Source of the DNA: an uncultured bacterium
Lineage (GTDB): Bacteria > Patescibacteriota > JACMRA01
Assembly: GCA_963784355.1 (NCBI GenBank)
Contig: CAWAQU010000007.1
Coordinates: forward strand, 32,001-96,000
Reading direction: 5' to 3'
DNA: 64,000 bases
The notes under the pieces were generated by a model. The model was not told the origin of the DNA. It made no database searches and was given only the letters and a program-made list of their open reading frames with translations. Shown here piece after piece: positions 60,872-64,000 of the stretch. Both the position numbers and the translations under genes were made by a program. Every line of letters begins with the position of its first letter. The first letter of the stretch is position 1.

Positions 60872-60895
60872 TCCCACTGAAACAAATCAATGGGA
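60872..60895 (-). terminator. Terminator of the 53-aa mini-gene
   Basis: TCCCATTGA/TCAGTGGGA stem followed by a long U-run on minus strand. Confidence 0.8.
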
Positions 60896-60910
60896 GGAGC
60901 AATTATGGTC

Positions 60911-61072
60911 TCAACTTAATATATTAAGGAGACTATAATATAAAAAGATCAGGCTTACAGTGATGTATGAAACCACACAATAGCCGATTATTACCTCTTC
61001 GTATTCGTAGATTAACACAGGAATTTTAAATAAAAAGATTCCCAGCATAAACCAAAGAAGAATAACTAGCAT
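60911..61072 (-). CDS. Small 2-TM hydrophobic protein (53 aa, not in ORF track)
   Basis: MLVILLWFMLGIFLFKIPVLIYEYEEVIIGYCVVSYITVSLIFLYYSLLNILS; TTGCAC-17-TATAAT promoter, GAGGT SD, terminator. Confidence 0.7.
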   Translation of the reverse strand: MLVILLWFMLGIFLFKIPVLIYEYEEVIIGYCVVSYITVSLIFLYYSLLNILS

Positions 61073-61251
61073 GTAATTACCTCATTTTAACTCCAATGTT
61101 TATTATAGCACAAAATTTGCATATGTGCAATATATTATTTCGAGCTCGCTAGGACTTCGTAAATCAACTTTTTAACCGTGAGCCTAATCATAGTTAATTT
61201 ATTAAATCTCTTATAAATCCCTGTATAAAATGAATAATTACTGCAGCTAAT

Positions 61252-61674
61252 TTAAACCAAATATTTTTTCTTCATATCTTCTACTGATTGTTTGATTAAC
61301 TCAGTTAAGACCTCCATATCAATGTCTTCTAGTTTCTTGATATAAAGACAACAAACTCCAGTTTTGTATTTACCAAGTTTATTCATTAAGTCGCCGTATG
61401 GTTCAAATCCCGGCACAATGTAGACCGTGAGATTCTGAGCTCTTGGAGAAAAACCGGTTAACCCTGCATCTCCTTCTCGCCCACTTTCATATTTATAATG
61501 ATATGAACCAAACCCGATTATAGACGGTCCCCACATTTTAGGTGGCATTTGGGTAACGTCACTTATAAGTTTAAGGAGTGTGTGACAATCTTGGCGTTTT
61601 TTCTCATCTGAAATAGTATTAATAAACTCAGTAACGCTTTGGTTAGTTGGGAGGGTTTTGTTGGGTGTAGACAT
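61252..61674 (-). CDS. DUF1801 (YdhG-like) protein
   Basis: PKMWGPSIIGFGSYHYKYESGREGD, GFSPR, LGKYKTG..CLYIKKL. Confidence 0.9.
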   Translation of the reverse strand: MSTPNKTLPTNQSVTEFINTISDEKKRQDCHTLLKLISDVTQMPPKMWGPSIIGFGSYHYKYESGREGDAGLTGFSPRAQNLTVYIVPGFEPYGDLMNKLGKYKTGVCCLYIKKLEDIDMEVLTELIKQSVEDMKKKYLV

Positions 61675-61703
61675 GACTGGCTCGTAAAACAATAAAATAG
61701 TAT

Positions 61704-62456
61704 TTACTTTTTTACTACCACTCCAAATTTTTCCATGTAAATATTTTCACTAGCCCCCTTTTCTTTTAAAACTTCTTCCATAGCTGAAACCATCATTGGA
61801 TGACCACATAGATAAAAATCCGTATTTTGATAATCAGTTACAATTTCAGGAATAGCCGTAGTTACTCGCCCGCTTAAAATATTTTCACTTGTACTAACTG
61901 AATCCAAATTCTCAACAACTGAATATACTTCTAAATTGTCATTTTTGCTGTATTCCTCAAAGAATTTATTTACAAAGTTGTCTTCTAAAACGTAACATCC
62001 GAAAAATAGCTTGATTTTGGTATCCGGGTTTTGCTCAAAAGCTTGCTTTATCATTGGCACAAACGGAGCTAAACCAGTTCCCGTAGCGATAAACACTTTG
62101 GGATTGCTACTTTCCTCCAAATGAAACCTTCCTGATGGTCCGATTGCACTTATAACCTGTCCTTCACTGATATTATCAAAAAAACGAGAAGCCTCACCTC
62201 CGGGCTTTGTGCTGATCATAAACGAAACATAAAACCCATTTCCCAATGTAGGAAAAGATTCTAATTCGGGTGTAAAATTAGGGGCTTTTTTGCTAAAATA
62301 ACAAGTGGAGTAGGACCGATTAACCTGTGGAGCTACCTGCATACTAAAAAAATGGCCCGGAATGAATTCTAGCTCGTCTTCGGTTTTAAAAGTGAGTAAG
62401 TATACTTTTTCAATTAGTTTGGTTTTGTTTACAAGGGTAAAGGATGTTCTTGGCAT
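61704..62456 (-). CDS. Ferredoxin-NADP reductase-type FAD/NAD(P) oxidoreductase
   Basis: RSYS, GEAS, ATGTGLAPF, YLCG, EKF. Confidence 0.9.
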   Translation of the reverse strand: MPRTSFTLVNKTKLIEKVYLLTFKTEDELEFIPGHFFSMQVAPQVNRSYSTCYFSKKAPNFTPELESFPTLGNGFYVSFMISTKPGGEASRFFDNISEGQVISAIGPSGRFHLEESSNPKVFIATGTGLAPFVPMIKQAFEQNPDTKIKLFFGCYVLEDNFVNKFFEEYSKNDNLEVYSVVENLDSVSTSENILSGRVTTAIPEIVTDYQNTDFYLCGHPMMVSAMEEVLKEKGASENIYMEKFGVVVKK

Positions 62457-62591
62457 AAATTTATTGTAGTTGGGTCAATATACTTCAATAATTCACCATT
62501 TATAATTTTTTGACAAGAGTGTTGCTTATTTCTGTTTTAATTGCTACACTTATATTGACAATTTAAATGTCTTACTTTTATTATCTCAATA

Positions 62592-63638
62592 ATGCTCGGA
62601 TTTATATCAAATTTTAAACAGTCATTACACGATTTTTTAACTCAAAGAATTAATAACCAAACAGTCGGATTTTTGCTGGTTGCAATGTTGAGTTTTACTG
62701 TATTTCTGTTATTATTAAGATTTGCTAGAAGTAAAATAGAGATTATACGAAATCAAGAAATAAAACGAACAGTCCAAGAAAATTTAGACACAGTAAATTG
62801 GTTATTTTGTTTAGCTCTTGGAATTAAGCTTAGTCTGGAAATAATTTTTATAAAAAGCATCAATTTTGAATTTAGCTGGTTAAATACATTAAGTTTCACA
62901 ATTATTGCTTATTTTACAGTACTTCTTTGTCAGCAATGGCTGATATATTTATTTCGGCTGTCTATCCAAAAAAGCCATAAAGAGGGTGAGCCTATCAATC
63001 CAGATGGGCTTAGTTTGATTACTACCTTGCTGAAAATTGTGGTCTGGGCTTTGGCTCTAGTATTTATTTTACCCAACCTTGGAATTCGTGTGGATACACT
63101 TGTAGCGAGTCTGGGAATTAGCGGTATCGCAATTGCATTTGCCCTTCAGAATATTTTAAGTGAGGTTTTTGCTTCTTTTTCAATATTTTTAGACAAACCA
63201 TTTCAGGTCGGTGATTTTATAGAAGTGGGTACAGATAAAGGTAGAATTGAAAGAATTGGAATTCGCTCGACTAGAATGAGAAGCCTGAGTGGGGAAGAGA
63301 TAGTAATTTCAAACAAAGAACTTTTACTGGCTAGAATTCACAATTTTAAGCTTTTGAAGAATCGTCGAATAAGTTTTAAACTATTTTTCCCTTTAAAAAC
63401 AAAATCAGAGAAACTTAAATCTATACCTGATTTGGTAAAAAACGTTATTGAAAAGCACCAAAAAACCAAATTTGAAAGGGCAGGGATTATGGAAATAACT
63501 GATGCAAAAATCGTCTATGAAATCGTTTATTACTCATTGTCCAATAATTACGAATTTTCAATACAGACACAACAAGCAATTAATATAGAAGTGTTAGAAA
63601 TTCTAGAGGAAAATCAAATCGCTTTGACTGATATTTAA
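62592..63638 (+). CDS. mscS: Small-conductance mechanosensitive channel
   Basis: ASLGISGIAIAFALQNIL, DKPFQVGDFI, IGIRSTR. Confidence 0.93.
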   Translation: MLGFISNFKQSLHDFLTQRINNQTVGFLLVAMLSFTVFLLLLRFARSKIEIIRNQEIKRTVQENLDTVNWLFCLALGIKLSLEIIFIKSINFEFSWLNTLSFTIIAYFTVLLCQQWLIYLFRLSIQKSHKEGEPINPDGLSLITTLLKIVVWALALVFILPNLGIRVDTLVASLGISGIAIAFALQNILSEVFASFSIFLDKPFQVGDFIEVGTDKGRIERIGIRSTRMRSLSGEEIVISNKELLLARIHNFKLLKNRRISFKLFFPLKTKSEKLKSIPDLVKNVIEKHQKTKFERAGIMEITDAKIVYEIVYYSLSNNYEFSIQTQQAINIEVLEILEENQIALTDI

Positions 63639-63714
63639 ATTAAATGTAGTTTTAAGATATTAACTTTGTAATTTCCAAAAATTATTTTAGTAAAGCTAAG
63701 TTGATTTCTGTAAT

Positions 63715-64000
63715 ATGCTGGATGTTCAAAAAATTAGACAAGATTTTCCTATTTTAAAAGAAAAAACCCAAGATTATCCATTAGTTTATTTTGATAATGC
63801 AGCCACAACTCAAAAACCACAATCTGTAATTGATTCACAAGTGGAGTTTTATACAAAATACAATTCAAATATAGGCCGAGGTAAAAACTTATTGGCTTGG
63901 GAGGCAGAGGAAAAATTCCTAAGTGCCAAGGAAAAAGTGAGGAAATTCATTAATGCTAAAGATCAAAAAGAAATAATTTTTACTAAGGGTACCACTGAAG
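63715..64000 (+). CDS. sufS: Cysteine desulfurase SufS family, partial (runs off window)
   Basis: IRQDFPIL...LVYFDNAATTQKP...EIIFTKGTTE. Confidence 0.88.
   Translation, partial: MLDVQKIRQDFPILKEKTQDYPLVYFDNAATTQKPQSVIDSQVEFYTKYNSNIGRGKNLLAWEAEEKFLSAKEKVRKFINAKDQKEIIFTKGTTE

Noticed and set aside
1-64000. CRISPR array, rRNA, IS/transposase, integron
   Set aside because: No regularly spaced repeats, rRNA-like segments or transposase/integrase ORFs found by eye
1-64000. Alternative genetic code (UGA=Gly/Trp)
   Set aside because: Long conserved genes are intact in code 11, some ORFs end in TGA, and tRNA-Trp has a CCA anticodon

Overview
Very AT-rich bacterial chromosome segment in the standard genetic code (tRNA-Trp CCA, TGA used as stop). 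Gene content and idiosyncrasies suggest a Patescibacteria/CPR organism (inference): scattered single housekeeping genes, near-leaderless SD-less mRNAs, tRNA-Arg UCG, EF-P with an MQQRKP loop, pilin-like proteins. It carries six tRNAs and many core genes (ftsK, hup, fusA, dnaB, rpmH, rnpA, rnj, murI, clpP, parA, prfA, efp, ileS, galU, ftsW, mnmA, rnhB, mltG, lemA, rpsO, dnaX, partial sufS). The most striking region is a minus-strand cluster at 24.7-30.4 kb. It holds two tatA copies flanking an unannotated 56-aa twin-arginine micro-protein (SRRSFLK...SGYGQTPYGI), a sortase-type surface protein sharing the SGYGxxxY motif, a signal-less phage-tail-fibre-like protein with a self-cleaving S74 chaperone, a long RNA hairpin and tatC. 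This looks like a dedicated Tat 'hitch-hiker' export and surface-display system for trimeric fibres. Other items: an ECF sigma paired with a membrane-anchored thioester-less alpha-2-macroglobulin, three stand-alone mini-genes whose 3' UTRs can pair with their own SD, an attenuator-preceded RelA/SpoT-like enzyme, a half-length LigA, and an IleRS with large insertions and a TFGH signature motif. All family assignments come from motif recognition, not database searches.
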